Made by a program: the position numbers and the translations under genes. From NCBI GenBank assembly GCA_009924875.1, contig RFQQ01000001.1, positions 1-48,847 of the forward strand: a DNA stretch of 48,847 bases, read 5' to 3'. Of the stretch, positions 1 through 9,052 are shown piece after piece (positions within the stretch are counted from its first letter, which is position 1; the number at the start of each line of letters is the position of its first letter). The DNA is from Actinomycetota bacterium (lineage in GTDB: Bacteria; Actinomycetota; Acidimicrobiia; Acidimicrobiales; Ilumatobacteraceae). The notes under the pieces are model-generated. The model did not search any database and was not told the origin of the DNA. It saw only the letters and a program-made list of their open reading frames with translations.

Positions 1-81
1 CCCGTCGTGGTGACCGCGGATCGAGCGATCATCGGGCGCCCGAAGGAGCGAGTGCGCGAGCTGCTCTCTGGCGACCGGTGA
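1..81 (+). CDS. 3' end of an unidentified CDS entering from the left window edge
   Basis: Frame 1 is open from nt 1 to TGA at 79-81 (PVVVTADRAIIGRPKERVRELLSGDR*). Third-position G+C is as high as in confirmed genes. Too short to assign a family. Confidence 0.35.
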   Translation, partial: PVVVTADRAIIGRPKERVRELLSGDR

Positions 82-84
82 CGG

Positions 85-1050
85 TCAGCCCTGGCGGTGC
101 CAGGCGTAGGCCGAGGAGATGATGTCGCGCAGGTTTCGGGTGGCGCTCCATCCGAGTGCGGTGGCCGCGTGGGTCGAATCGGCGTAGACGGTCGCCGGGT
201 CGCCGATACGGCGTTCCACGAGGCGGTGGGGCACCTCCGCTCCATGCACTTCGGCGGTCATGGCGAGAATCTCTAGGACGGAGGTTCCGGTTCCCGTACC
301 GAGATTGACCGTGAGGTTTTCCCCGCCGGTCTCGAGATGTCGGAGCGCTGCGAGATGCGCCTCAGCGAGGTCCTCCACGTGGATGTAGTCCCGTACGCCT
401 GAGCCATCAGGCGTGTCGAAATCGGTGCCGAACACGTCGACCGGACCGGCGTCGGTGAGGGCGGCGCGCATGACGAGCGGCACGAGGTTGGTCGTTGAGC
501 TCCAGTCCTCGCCGATCACGCCGTCGGCGCTCGCGCCAGCGGCGTTGAAATAGCGCAGGCTCGCCCAGCGAAGCTCGTTCGTGACCCCGTACCAGTGGAT
601 GACCCGCTCCATCATCGCCTTGGTCTCGGCGTAGACGTTCTCAGGGCGGATTGGCGCCTGCTCGGTGATCGGAACCTGCTCGGGGGAGCCATAGACGGCG
701 GCTGAGGAGGAGAACACGATCCTGGAGACGTCGGCGGCCAACATCCCTTCGATCAGGTGCACCGTTCCCTGCACGTTATTCGCCCAGTACGGGCCGGGAT
801 CCACCATCGAATCGCCGACGCTCTTATGCGCTGCGAAGTGGATGACGGTGCTCACCGCGTGGTCCCGGCAGACCTCGGTCACCAACGCCTCATCGGCGAT
901 GGAGCCGACGACGAGCGGTGCTCCGAGTACGGCCTCCGGACGTCCGCGTTCAAGGGTGTCGAGCACCACGGTGTCGATGCCCGCCTCGCGAAGCCGACGA
1001 ACCGTGTGGGATCCGATGTATCCGGCGCCACCGGTCACGAGCACGGCCAT
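85..1050 (-). CDS. galE: UDP-glucose 4-epimerase (NAD-dependent SDR)
   Basis: 321 aa. Rossmann motif VLVTGGAGYIGSH, catalytic YAETK (YxxxK), SLRYFNAAGA, and a C-terminal DPATVYADS...LGW region typical of GalE. Confidence 0.9.
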   Translation of the reverse strand: MAVLVTGGAGYIGSHTVRRLREAGIDTVVLDTLERGRPEAVLGAPLVVGSIADEALVTEVCRDHAVSTVIHFAAHKSVGDSMVDPGPYWANNVQGTVHLIEGMLAADVSRIVFSSSAAVYGSPEQVPITEQAPIRPENVYAETKAMMERVIHWYGVTNELRWASLRYFNAAGASADGVIGEDWSSTTNLVPLVMRAALTDAGPVDVFGTDFDTPDGSGVRDYIHVEDLAEAHLAALRHLETGGENLTVNLGTGTGTSVLEILAMTAEVHGAEVPHRLVERRIGDPATVYADSTHAATALGWSATRNLRDIISSAYAWHRQG

Positions 1051-1104
1051 GAGCCGAAACTACCGGTTCACGACCCCAGCAGGCCGTCGTCGTACGCTTC
1101 GCCT

Positions 1105-2577
1105 GTGGGTGCCGCGCGGACGAGGGGAGCGACCGCGCTCGCGACGCTCACCATCGTCCTTGGACTCTGGGCGCGCTGGAGGGTGCTCGGATCGGTTCAA
1201 GGCACCCTGAACGCCGACGAGGCGTACACCGGACTCCAAGCCATGGCCATTCTCGACGGGGACCGGCCCGTGGTGATCCGAGGAGCGGCGTACACCGGCA
1301 CCCTCGACGCATACGTGCTCGCTCCGTTCCACGCCGTGTTCGGAGCGCACCCGACCGTGCTGAAGGTGTATGCCTCGGTGCTCTGGGGCGTCGCCGCGAT
1401 CGTCATGTGGGCGTGCGCCCGCCGTCTTGGCCTTGGCCAGCGGGCCGCGGTCCTGTGCGGTGGGGGACTCTGGGTGGCGCCCGGGCCGCTCCTCGTCTTG
1501 TCGACTCGCGCGTACATGTCCTACGCGTCGGGACTCCTGCTGGTCACCACGTCCGTGCTGTTGATCGTCGTATCCCTGGAGCGTGGAGCGGCCGACCGGC
1601 GTTCATCGGTGCTCATCGGCGCGGCAACGGGGCTCGCTGTCTTCGCGCATCCGATGTTCCTCACCGTGATCGTGCCGGTGTTGCTCCCCATCGCGCACCG
1701 ATATCGGCGTGAGCCGACCCGGTGGTGGCTTCCGGCGGCCGCGGGCGCTCTCGCCGTCAACCTGCCCTTCCTCGCTTGGAACGCTCGCAACGGTTGGCCG
1801 TCGTTGGACCAGCCCGTCGCCGCGAGCGACACCTGGATCGAGCGGCTCGGTCGGTTCTTCACTGGGTTGGTGCCGAGGTCGCTCGGCCTCATGGGGGAGG
1901 ACGGGTCCTGGGTCCTCCCGCCCGTCCTCGCATTCGCGCTCCTCATCGCGGTCACGGTGATGGCGACGAGTGGAGTGGCGACCGCGCTCCGCTCTTATCG
2001 GAGTGCGCGGGTCGCCATCGCGTTACCGATGATCCTCTGTTGGCCAGCTATGGCCTCGCTCGCGAACCTCTCCTTCGTCGCCGACGCGCGCTACGCCATC
2101 ATCTACCTGCCGTTCCTCGTGCTCACCGTCGCGCTCGGAGCCGACCGGATCGCGGGGAGACTGCCGACGGGAGCGCGCTCCGTCGGTGCACTCGCTGTCC
2201 CAGTGGTCATGCTCGTTCTGACCGTCGTGCCATGGCTGCGCTCACAGGCACCCGCCACGGCTGAGGCCAACGGCGTCGCGGCATCGGTGGTCTCCCGTCT
2301 GAACGACGCGTCGATCACCAGGCTCTCGGGCCACTACTGGGCGGTTCTGCCGGTCGAATACCTGAGCGACGGCGAGGTGCGGGCCGCGGTCAGCGGGGAC
2401 CCGTTCGTCGTGCGTCTTCCGCGTTCACAGCAGATCGCTGAAGCATCCGATCCCGGACGACTCGCCCACATCTATCCCTTCAGCGTCGACGTGACCGAAC
2501 GTCTCCCGTTGCCAGCCGAGCAGTACCGGGTCGCCGAGGTCGGCGGTCTCCGGCTGTACATTCCGAGCGACGGCTGA
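1105..2577 (+). CDS. Polytopic membrane glycosyltransferase, GT-C type (ArnT/PMT_2-like)
   Basis: ORF 757-2577 overlaps galE at its 5' end. An in-frame GTG at 1105 gives 490 aa starting with a basic stretch and then a TM helix (ATALATLTIVLGLWARW). It has many hydrophobic segments, an acidic first-loop motif NADEAYTG, a mid-protein LPFLAWNARNGWPS, and a C-terminal domain of about 110 aa that is not hydrophobic. The start is uncertain. Confidence 0.7.
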   Translation: MGAARTRGATALATLTIVLGLWARWRVLGSVQGTLNADEAYTGLQAMAILDGDRPVVIRGAAYTGTLDAYVLAPFHAVFGAHPTVLKVYASVLWGVAAIVMWACARRLGLGQRAAVLCGGGLWVAPGPLLVLSTRAYMSYASGLLLVTTSVLLIVVSLERGAADRRSSVLIGAATGLAVFAHPMFLTVIVPVLLPIAHRYRREPTRWWLPAAAGALAVNLPFLAWNARNGWPSLDQPVAASDTWIERLGRFFTGLVPRSLGLMGEDGSWVLPPVLAFALLIAVTVMATSGVATALRSYRSARVAIALPMILCWPAMASLANLSFVADARYAIIYLPFLVLTVALGADRIAGRLPTGARSVGALAVPVVMLVLTVVPWLRSQAPATAEANGVAASVVSRLNDASITRLSGHYWAVLPVEYLSDGEVRAAVSGDPFVVRLPRSQQIAEASDPGRLAHIYPFSVDVTERLPLPAEQYRVAEVGGLRLYIPSDG

Positions 2578-2603
2578 TCGCGGGCGCGGTCGCTGGAGGG
2601 ATC

Positions 2604-3344
2604 ATGTGGAACGGACAGCGGGTGGCGGTCGTGCTGCCGACCTACAACGAGCACCTCTCAATCGGTGACTGCATTCGGGCGTTCGAGGCGCTTGGTGTTG
2701 TCGACGACATCGTCGTGGTCAACAACAACGCGCACCCCGACACCTCCCCAGCCGTGGCGGCGACCGGGGCCCGCGAGGTGCACGAGCTCACCCAGGGATA
2801 CGGGGCGGCGATCCGGCGCGGGCTCACCGAGACCAGTGACGCCGACCTCGTGTGCGTCTGCGAGCCCGACGGAACGTTCGAGCCAGCCGACCTGTTGAAG
2901 CTGCTCGCCTACTCGGCCGACGTCGACGTGGTTCTCGGCTCGCGCACGGTCCAGACGTTCATCCTCTCCGGGGCGAACATGGGATGGTTCCTCCGCTGGG
3001 GGAACTGGGGGGTCGCCAAGCTCACGGAGGTCCTCTTCAACACGGTGTACCTCTCCGATGTCGGCTGCACCTTCCGCGTCTTGTCGCGGCGTGCCGTCGA
3101 GGAGATCACCCCCCGCTGGCATGGTGACGGATCGCCCGCCGGATTCGAGATGATGCTGGCCGCGGTCGACCTCCGACTCGACCTCGTGCAGATCCCGGTC
3201 ACCTACCGACCTCGCGTCGGCGAGAGTTCGGTCACCGGCGACCGGGTGAAGGCGATCCGGCTCGGCCTCGAGATGATCGCGATGCTGCTGCGCGTGCGGC
3301 TGCGTGGTCGTGGCGGCCGGTCCGAGTCGAGGACACAGGGGTAG
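2604..3344 (+). CDS. Family-2 glycosyltransferase, polyprenyl-phosphate sugar synthase-like (Ppm1/ArnC/GtrB type)
   Basis: 246 aa. VAVVLPTYNE at the N-terminus, VVNNNAHPD, CEPDG (DxD-like), and no obvious TM helices. A GGAGGG Shine-Dalgarno sits 4 nt upstream of ATG 2604. Confidence 0.8.
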   Translation: MWNGQRVAVVLPTYNEHLSIGDCIRAFEALGVVDDIVVVNNNAHPDTSPAVAATGAREVHELTQGYGAAIRRGLTETSDADLVCVCEPDGTFEPADLLKLLAYSADVDVVLGSRTVQTFILSGANMGWFLRWGNWGVAKLTEVLFNTVYLSDVGCTFRVLSRRAVEEITPRWHGDGSPAGFEMMLAAVDLRLDLVQIPVTYRPRVGESSVTGDRVKAIRLGLEMIAMLLRVRLRGRGGRSESRTQG

Positions 3345-3353
3345 TCTCAGGTC

Positions 3354-3632
3354 GTGCGAGTCCTGAGGGCGTTGCTGCGGCGGCTCACCGGGGGCGACCT
3401 GCGAGCCCTTCGGTCCGAGGTGCGCGAACTCCGTGTGGCTGTCGACCGGATCGATGGGATCATCCAAGAGATCAACCACGAGTTGCGCTCCGCCGCCGAG
3501 GATGGCCCCTCGCTCAGCATCGGGCTCGCGGAGAGGGTGCGCCTCGACGCCGAGACCGCCCTTGCCTCGGTCCGGGTGATCGATCGGCAGCTCCGCCGAC
3601 TCGGTCTCGAGGCCGACGGCGACGACACATGA
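3354..3632 (+). CDS. Hypothetical small protein, predicted helical/coiled-coil
   Basis: 92 aa starting at a GTG. Third-position G+C is very high (coding-like). The stop overlaps the next gene's ATG (ATGA at 3629-3632). Leu/Arg/Glu-rich heptad-like sequence. I recognise no family. Confidence 0.55.
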   Translation: MRVLRALLRRLTGGDLRALRSEVRELRVAVDRIDGIIQEINHELRSAAEDGPSLSIGLAERVRLDAETALASVRVIDRQLRRLGLEADGDDT

Positions 3633-5071
3633 CCGGGGTCCCGCCGGTCGGGCGGGGCGCGCCAATGATCGTCGACGGCCGGGCGCTCACCCATCCAACG
3701 GCGGCTGGTCGCGGTATCGGTCGGTGGGTCACGACGCTCGTCCGATCGCTGCATACGGTCGGTGAGTTGCCGATCGTCGTCGCCGATGGGGGCGTCGGTG
3801 TCGAGGAGTGGTCGCGGCTCGTGCCCGATGTCGACGTCCGCCCACTCGACCGCTCCCTCCTGCGGGGGGTGCTCGCGAACTGTGACACGGAGGTTCCCTG
3901 GTACATCGCCACCCAGCTCATGTTGCATCCGGTCTCGCTCGATCCGATCCCGGCCACCGTGAGCGAGGCGGGCATCCCCGTCGCCGCGGTGATGTACGAC
4001 GTCATCCCGCAGCGCTATCCCAGTCGGTACCTCGCGAACCCGGCGGCACGACGCCAGAGCGAGTTGCGGTCGGCCCTCGCGCGAACGATCGATCTCATGC
4101 TCGCCATCTCTGACTTCGCTGCTCGCACCGCTCGGTACGAACTCGCCCTCGGCCCAATTCCCGTCATCGACATCGGATCGGCGGTCGAACCGTCGTTCCA
4201 CGCCGATGACCGCGTCATGCGTCAGCGTCCCGGAGATGTCGTCGTCGTCGGTGGTGCAGATGAGCGAAAGAACATCTCTCGACTCCTACGAGCCTGGGCG
4301 AAGGTGGCGGAGGCCGTGCGCACACCAAGGCGCCTTGTCGTGGTGGCCGGGGTCGATCGAGAGACCCATCTGCGCTGGAACCACGAGGTTGTTCACCTCG
4401 GGCTCGAGGGCTCGGTCGCCCTGGTCGGCGGTGTGCCAGAGGCAGAACTCATCGACCGTCTGCGGCGAGCGGAACTCAGCGTCTTCCCATCGACCGAGGA
4501 GGGGTTCGGGCTCCCGGTCGTCGAGGCGGCTGCCTGTGGATGTCCGGTCATCTGTGCTCGAGGGTCGTCGCTGGACCAGGTCGCCGGCGACACAGCGATC
4601 CAGTTCGACCCGTACGACGTCATGTCCATGGCTCGAGCCATCGAGTCGGCACTCGTCGATGAGACTCAGCGGACGCGACTGCTCGCTGCGGCCGATCGCA
4701 TCGCGGGCACATGGACGCCGGAACGGCTCGGAGGGCGCGTCGTTGAGGCGCTCCGGGTCGATCACCGTTCGCTGTGTGCGCGACCGGCGCGGAGTCCCGC
4801 GCGCCGAGTCGCCGTTGGAGCCGAGACCGTAGATCGAGCACTGGAGATCGCAGCGGCTCTCGGGGAGCCGGTTCACTCGCTCTTCGTCGCCGGCGATGAT
4901 CTCGCGGCCCGTGAGACTGGCTCGGGCGCGAGCGCGTCGACGCTCCGCCCGGTCGGGATGGTGGGACGCGATATCGGCGCCGATGAGTTCGACCGTCTCG
5001 AGCTTGATGAGACGGCGGATCCAAGTTCGATGACCGGGCGGCGACGGGCTCGGGCGAAGGTGGATCGGTGA
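3629..5071 (+). CDS. Family-4 (GT-B, Glycos_transf_1) glycosyltransferase with a C-terminal extension of about 100 aa
   Basis: 480 aa. N-terminal MIVDGRAL...GRGIGRW and the C-terminal-domain signature SVFPSTEEGFGLPVVEAAACGCPVI (EX7E region). An alternative start at ATG 3665 would give the typical GT4 N-terminus. Confidence 0.85.
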   Translation: MTGVPPVGRGAPMIVDGRALTHPTAAGRGIGRWVTTLVRSLHTVGELPIVVADGGVGVEEWSRLVPDVDVRPLDRSLLRGVLANCDTEVPWYIATQLMLHPVSLDPIPATVSEAGIPVAAVMYDVIPQRYPSRYLANPAARRQSELRSALARTIDLMLAISDFAARTARYELALGPIPVIDIGSAVEPSFHADDRVMRQRPGDVVVVGGADERKNISRLLRAWAKVAEAVRTPRRLVVVAGVDRETHLRWNHEVVHLGLEGSVALVGGVPEAELIDRLRRAELSVFPSTEEGFGLPVVEAAACGCPVICARGSSLDQVAGDTAIQFDPYDVMSMARAIESALVDETQRTRLLAAADRIAGTWTPERLGGRVVEALRVDHRSLCARPARSPARRVAVGAETVDRALEIAAALGEPVHSLFVAGDDLAARETGSGASASTLRPVGMVGRDIGADEFDRLELDETADPSSMTGRRRARAKVDR

Positions 5072-6459
5072 CCGTGGAGACCCCGCGAGTTCGAGTGGTC
5101 GTGCTCACCTTCGATGGCGGGCAGATGACAATGGACTGCCTGGCCTCGATCACGGCGCTCGACTGGCCGGCCGACCGGCTCGAGGTCGTCCTCGTCGACA
5201 ACGGCTCCCTCGATGATGTCTCAGAGAGGGTTCGGGTTGAATATCCCGACGTCGTGGTGCTCGAACCACTGGCGAACCTCGGATTCGCAGGAGGCTGCAA
5301 TCTCGGGATCCGGCACGGAATCGATGGTTCGCTCGCTGAGCGCGTCGATCACGTCGCTCTCGTCAACAATGACGCGACCGTCGATCCACTGTGGCTCCGT
5401 CGACTGGTCGAGCGGATGGACTCATCACCCGATATCGGTGGGGTTGCGTCGAAGATGCTCTTCGCCGATCGTTTCCACGGGATCGCTCTCGATATCGACG
5501 GTGTCGACGGTGACGATCGGGGTCGAGCTCTCGGTGTCTGCCTCTCCGCGGTGAGGGTCGCTGGCGAGCGCGACGACGAGCGACTCCGTTTCGACGAGGG
5601 TTTCCACGGCCCGGTCGATCCCGATCGCGCGCGCGACGAGGAGTTCGCGCGCTGGACTCGGGAGGCGGCTGAGTTGCGCCTCGTGGCCCGCGACACCGAT
5701 CCCGAACCGGGGCGCGTCGCCCTTCGTCTGTCGGCCAAGCGCGCTCACCGGGTGACGCTCACCTCCGATGTCGAGACCGTCAACACCGTCGTTGGCGAAG
5801 GTGGCGAGCTCGAAGCCGTCTGGGTGGAGATCTCGGTCGGCGAGGGGACCTTCGACGCGGTGAACAATGTGGGTTCGGAGTTGTACCGGCTCGGCTTCGC
5901 TGGGGATCGCGGCTTCATGGAGCGGGATACGGGCCAGTTCGAGTCCTCCGAGGAGGTCTTCGCGTGGTGCGGAGGAGCGGCGTTGCTGCGGGCCTCGCAC
6001 CTGGACGAGGTCGGACTCTTCGACGAGCACCTGTTCCTCTACTACGAGGACACCGACTTGGCCTGGCGCGCCCGTCGCGCTGGCTGGCGCCATGTTTATG
6101 AGCCCCGAGCGGTGGTGCGCCACCGCCACGCGCAGACCAGCGGCGTCGGATCGGACGTCTTCCGCTTTCACACCGAGCGAAATCGGCTCCTGGTCACCGC
6201 ACGGAATGCGCCGATCCACCTCGTTCTCCTGACCGGCCTCGCCGAGGTCCGCCACTGCGTGCGCGTCAACCTCGCGCTGTTAGTGAAACGACCGCTCACT
6301 CTGCGGATGCCCTCGCGGATCGAACCCCGTCATCGGCGCCGTGTTCTCGTCGCTTACCTTCGGGCCTTGCCGCGGTACCTCGCCTCCCGGCGTACGTCGA
6401 CCCCGCGTTCGGTCGGCCGGGCGGAGGTCAGGCGTCAGTGGGAGCGATCGAAGTGGTGA
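5068..6459 (+). CDS. Family-2 glycosyltransferase (rhamnosyl/galactofuranosyl-transferase-like subfamily) with an internal insertion
   Basis: 463 aa. VVVLTFDGG, VLVDNGSLDD, NLGFAGGCNLG, LVNNDATVD, then much later ERDTGQF...VFAWCGGAALLR and LFLYYEDTDLAWR. The GTG start overlaps the upstream stop (GTGA). Confidence 0.85.
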   Translation: MTVETPRVRVVVLTFDGGQMTMDCLASITALDWPADRLEVVLVDNGSLDDVSERVRVEYPDVVVLEPLANLGFAGGCNLGIRHGIDGSLAERVDHVALVNNDATVDPLWLRRLVERMDSSPDIGGVASKMLFADRFHGIALDIDGVDGDDRGRALGVCLSAVRVAGERDDERLRFDEGFHGPVDPDRARDEEFARWTREAAELRLVARDTDPEPGRVALRLSAKRAHRVTLTSDVETVNTVVGEGGELEAVWVEISVGEGTFDAVNNVGSELYRLGFAGDRGFMERDTGQFESSEEVFAWCGGAALLRASHLDEVGLFDEHLFLYYEDTDLAWRARRAGWRHVYEPRAVVRHRHAQTSGVGSDVFRFHTERNRLLVTARNAPIHLVLLTGLAEVRHCVRVNLALLVKRPLTLRMPSRIEPRHRRRVLVAYLRALPRYLASRRTSTPRSVGRAEVRRQWERSKW

Positions 6460-7628
6460 AGGTCGGCGTCTACAACCTGTACTGGTCGACCTACGGAGGT
6501 GGGGAACAGGTCGCGGGGACACTCGCCGCCCACCTCGCCGAGCAGCCCGGTGTGGAGGTCACCCTTCTCGGTCCTGAGCAGGTCGACCTGACGGCCACCT
6601 GGGATCGTCTCGGGATCAATCTCGGGCGATGCGGGTGGTGCCGCGTGACCGATGACGATGAGGCGGGACTGGCAAGCGCCGACTTCGATCTGTTCGTCAA
6701 CCTCACCTATCTCAGTCGCGCGGTGAGTCGCGCGCCGGAGTCGTGGTACTACGTCCACTTCCCGTCGGTCCCATCCGGGGCCCGAGCGCGACGGGTCGAC
6801 GGCGTCGCGCGGCTCGGACTCAGGGTGCTCGGTGAGCGAAACCTGCCCGCGGCGCTCGATGGTGTGCGGGAGGGACTCCGCCGACGGCGCATCGACGACG
6901 GCTGGGTCTCGTCGTATACGCGCTTCCTTGCCAACTCGTCGTATACCGCCCGCTGGGTGGAGCGACTGTGGGGAGTCTCATCCGGGGTGTTGCATCCTCC
7001 GGTTACTCCGCTTGTCACCTCAGGCGGCGGCGAGCGGGAGCCCCTCATCTTGGCGCTCGGACGGTTCTTCGATCCGGTCTATGGACATTCCAAGAAGCAG
7101 GACGCGTTGCTCGACGCTTGGCTCGACCTCGAGGGTCGACCCGAGGCTGAGTCGTGGCGGTTGGTCCTCGTCGGTGGGGCCGATTCCAGGAGTCGCGAGT
7201 TCGTGCTTGACCTGAAGCGTCGCTCCCGCGACCACCGAGTCGACGTGCGGGTGAACGCGCCAAGGGCCGAGGTGGCCGACCTGCTGTCGAGGGCGTCGGT
7301 GCTCTGGCATGCGGCCGGTCTCGACGAGGACCCAGAGTCGCATCCCGATCGGTTCGAGCACTTCGGCATCGCGGTGGTCGAGGCGATGGCCGCCGGGGTG
7401 GTGCCGGTGGTCTTCGGGGCGGCCGGCCCGGCCGAGGTGGTGGAGGATGGCGTGAGCGGCCTTCACTGGCACGATCGTGGCGACCTCGTCGATCAGAGCC
7501 GCCACCTCCTTGCTGATCCCGCGCGGTTGACCTCGCTGTCGTCGGCCGCTCAACTGCGCGCGGGAGAATTCGGGGTCGGCTCCTTCGGCTCCAGGGTGGA
7601 GGAGCTTCTCGCCGAGATGCACCCTTAG
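6456..7628 (+). CDS. Family-4 (GT-B) glycosyltransferase
   Basis: EHFGIAVVEAMAAGVVPVV...DGVSGLHW signature. N-terminus VKVGVYNLYWSTYGGGEQV. I prefer GTG 6456 (GTGA overlap with the upstream stop); the ORF track starts at 6438. Confidence 0.85.
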   Translation: MKVGVYNLYWSTYGGGEQVAGTLAAHLAEQPGVEVTLLGPEQVDLTATWDRLGINLGRCGWCRVTDDDEAGLASADFDLFVNLTYLSRAVSRAPESWYYVHFPSVPSGARARRVDGVARLGLRVLGERNLPAALDGVREGLRRRRIDDGWVSSYTRFLANSSYTARWVERLWGVSSGVLHPPVTPLVTSGGGEREPLILALGRFFDPVYGHSKKQDALLDAWLDLEGRPEAESWRLVLVGGADSRSREFVLDLKRRSRDHRVDVRVNAPRAEVADLLSRASVLWHAAGLDEDPESHPDRFEHFGIAVVEAMAAGVVPVVFGAAGPAEVVEDGVSGLHWHDRGDLVDQSRHLLADPARLTSLSSAAQLRAGEFGVGSFGSRVEELLAEMHP

Positions 7629-9052
7629 GGGCCGAGCAGCTCGGGAGGGACGTTCACGATCGGGACGACCGCCAGATACGGGCCGACGGTGAATTCCTCG
7701 ACCGGTCCGGCCACGGCGTTGAGTCGATCGCGCGTCGCCGCGGCGGTCTCCGGGTCGCCGGGGATCCAAAAGATGTGGGCCACCCTCCGGGATTCTCGGA
7801 CGATCTGATCCCGGCGGTCATCGACGATCGCGGCGGTCGAGGAGATGATGGTCGGCTCATGGAACTCGAGATACACGGCGGTCTCGTCCAAGGAGTAGGC
7901 GCCGGTTACCCCTGCTTCGGCGAGCACCGAGGCGAGAGGCGCGGGATCGTCGCGGTCGACGGTCGACGTGCCCATCGATCGGATGGTGAGTCCGGTACCG
8001 AGCACGCTGAGTGCGAGTAGCACGACCGCGGCGGCGGGGCGTTGCGCATCGGGGAGTACGGATACCGCGACGACGGCGAGCAGGGCGGTCGAGGGGGCGA
8101 GGATCACCGCGGCATCGAGCGGAGCGATATCCGAGACGAGCGCCCCGATCCCGACGACGGGGAACACCAGCAGGGTCGCGAAACGGGCGCGCGGCCGTCG
8201 TGCGAGCACCAATCCCGAGGCGAGGAGGAGCATGGCCGACAGGATCAACACGGGAACCGGAGGAATGAGTCGCCCCGCGTCGAGTGGGGACACTGTGCCG
8301 ATGACCCGACCCCACACGTCGGGCCATTGCGCGCGAAGTGCCTCCGTCCATCCGGTTGGCGCGCTCGGGAATCCTCCCTCGCTCCGTCCGATGACGGCCC
8401 GGGCGAGCCAGGGAAGCGCCCCAACACCGGTCCATGCCCCGGCGATCAGCGCTGTCCGACCCGATGGCAGGCGTCCCGAGATGATGAGCGCGAGGAGAAC
8501 GGGAATCACGAACAGGATGATCCGGTCGGACTCCCACCAACCGAGTCCGACCAGGAGTCCGAGCGCCCACCACGGCGGTTCGCTGCCCGGTCGCTCAACG
8601 AGGATCAACATCCCGAGTCCGATCGCCATCGTGGCGAGGAGTCCCGCTGTCGGTCGGGCCGAAGCGACCACCGACGACGCCGGGTGAACGCTGGCCAGCG
8701 CAGCGGCGACGAGCGGCCACGGCGAGGCGAGGCGCGTCCGTGCGAGCGCCCACACGAGCGCGGCGACACCCAGTGCGGAGAGTACGGGCCACATGGTGAG
8801 CACGGTCGCCTCGGCGAAGGGCAGACCGATGAGGGCAAGCAGCGCCGGTTCGATGGATCCGAGGCGCAGCTCACCGGGGAGCGCTCCCACCCACGAGCCG
8901 GCCCTCAGGTCCCGGGAGGCGAGCACCGTGAGCACCCAGTCGGTCCGCTCGGCGGCGAACGACATGGAGGAAGCCCAGATCCGCATGATCATCGAGGCGG
9001 CGAGCGAGGTGACGGAGACCGCGATGAGACCCTTTCGGGCTGCAGGTGTCAC
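7625..9052 (-). CDS. Polytopic membrane protein, paralogue of the 1105-2577 GT-C-like protein
   Basis: ORF 7625-9352 overlaps the upstream methyltransferase. An in-frame GTG at 9052 overlaps that gene's TGA (GTGA) and gives 475 aa. It has many TM segments. It aligns with the other membrane protein (LPWLARAVIGRSEGGFPS vs LPFLAWNARNGWPS; RVAHIFWI vs RLAHIYPF) and has a similar soluble C-terminal domain. Confidence 0.6.
   Translation of the reverse strand: MTPAARKGLIAVSVTSLAASMIMRIWASSMSFAAERTDWVLTVLASRDLRAGSWVGALPGELRLGSIEPALLALIGLPFAEATVLTMWPVLSALGVAALVWALARTRLASPWPLVAAALASVHPASSVVASARPTAGLLATMAIGLGMLILVERPGSEPPWWALGLLVGLGWWESDRIILFVIPVLLALIISGRLPSGRTALIAGAWTGVGALPWLARAVIGRSEGGFPSAPTGWTEALRAQWPDVWGRVIGTVSPLDAGRLIPPVPVLILSAMLLLASGLVLARRPRARFATLLVFPVVGIGALVSDIAPLDAAVILAPSTALLAVVAVSVLPDAQRPAAAVVLLALSVLGTGLTIRSMGTSTVDRDDPAPLASVLAEAGVTGAYSLDETAVYLEFHEPTIISSTAAIVDDRRDQIVRESRRVAHIFWIPGDPETAAATRDRLNAVAGPVEEFTVGPYLAVVPIVNVPPELLGP

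Noticed and set aside
757-1104. N-terminal 116 codons of the 606-aa ORF preceding the GT-C-like membrane protein
   Set aside because: This part overlaps the galE coding region on the opposite strand and has no hydrophobic or conserved features. The membrane protein begins plausibly at GTG 1105, after galE.
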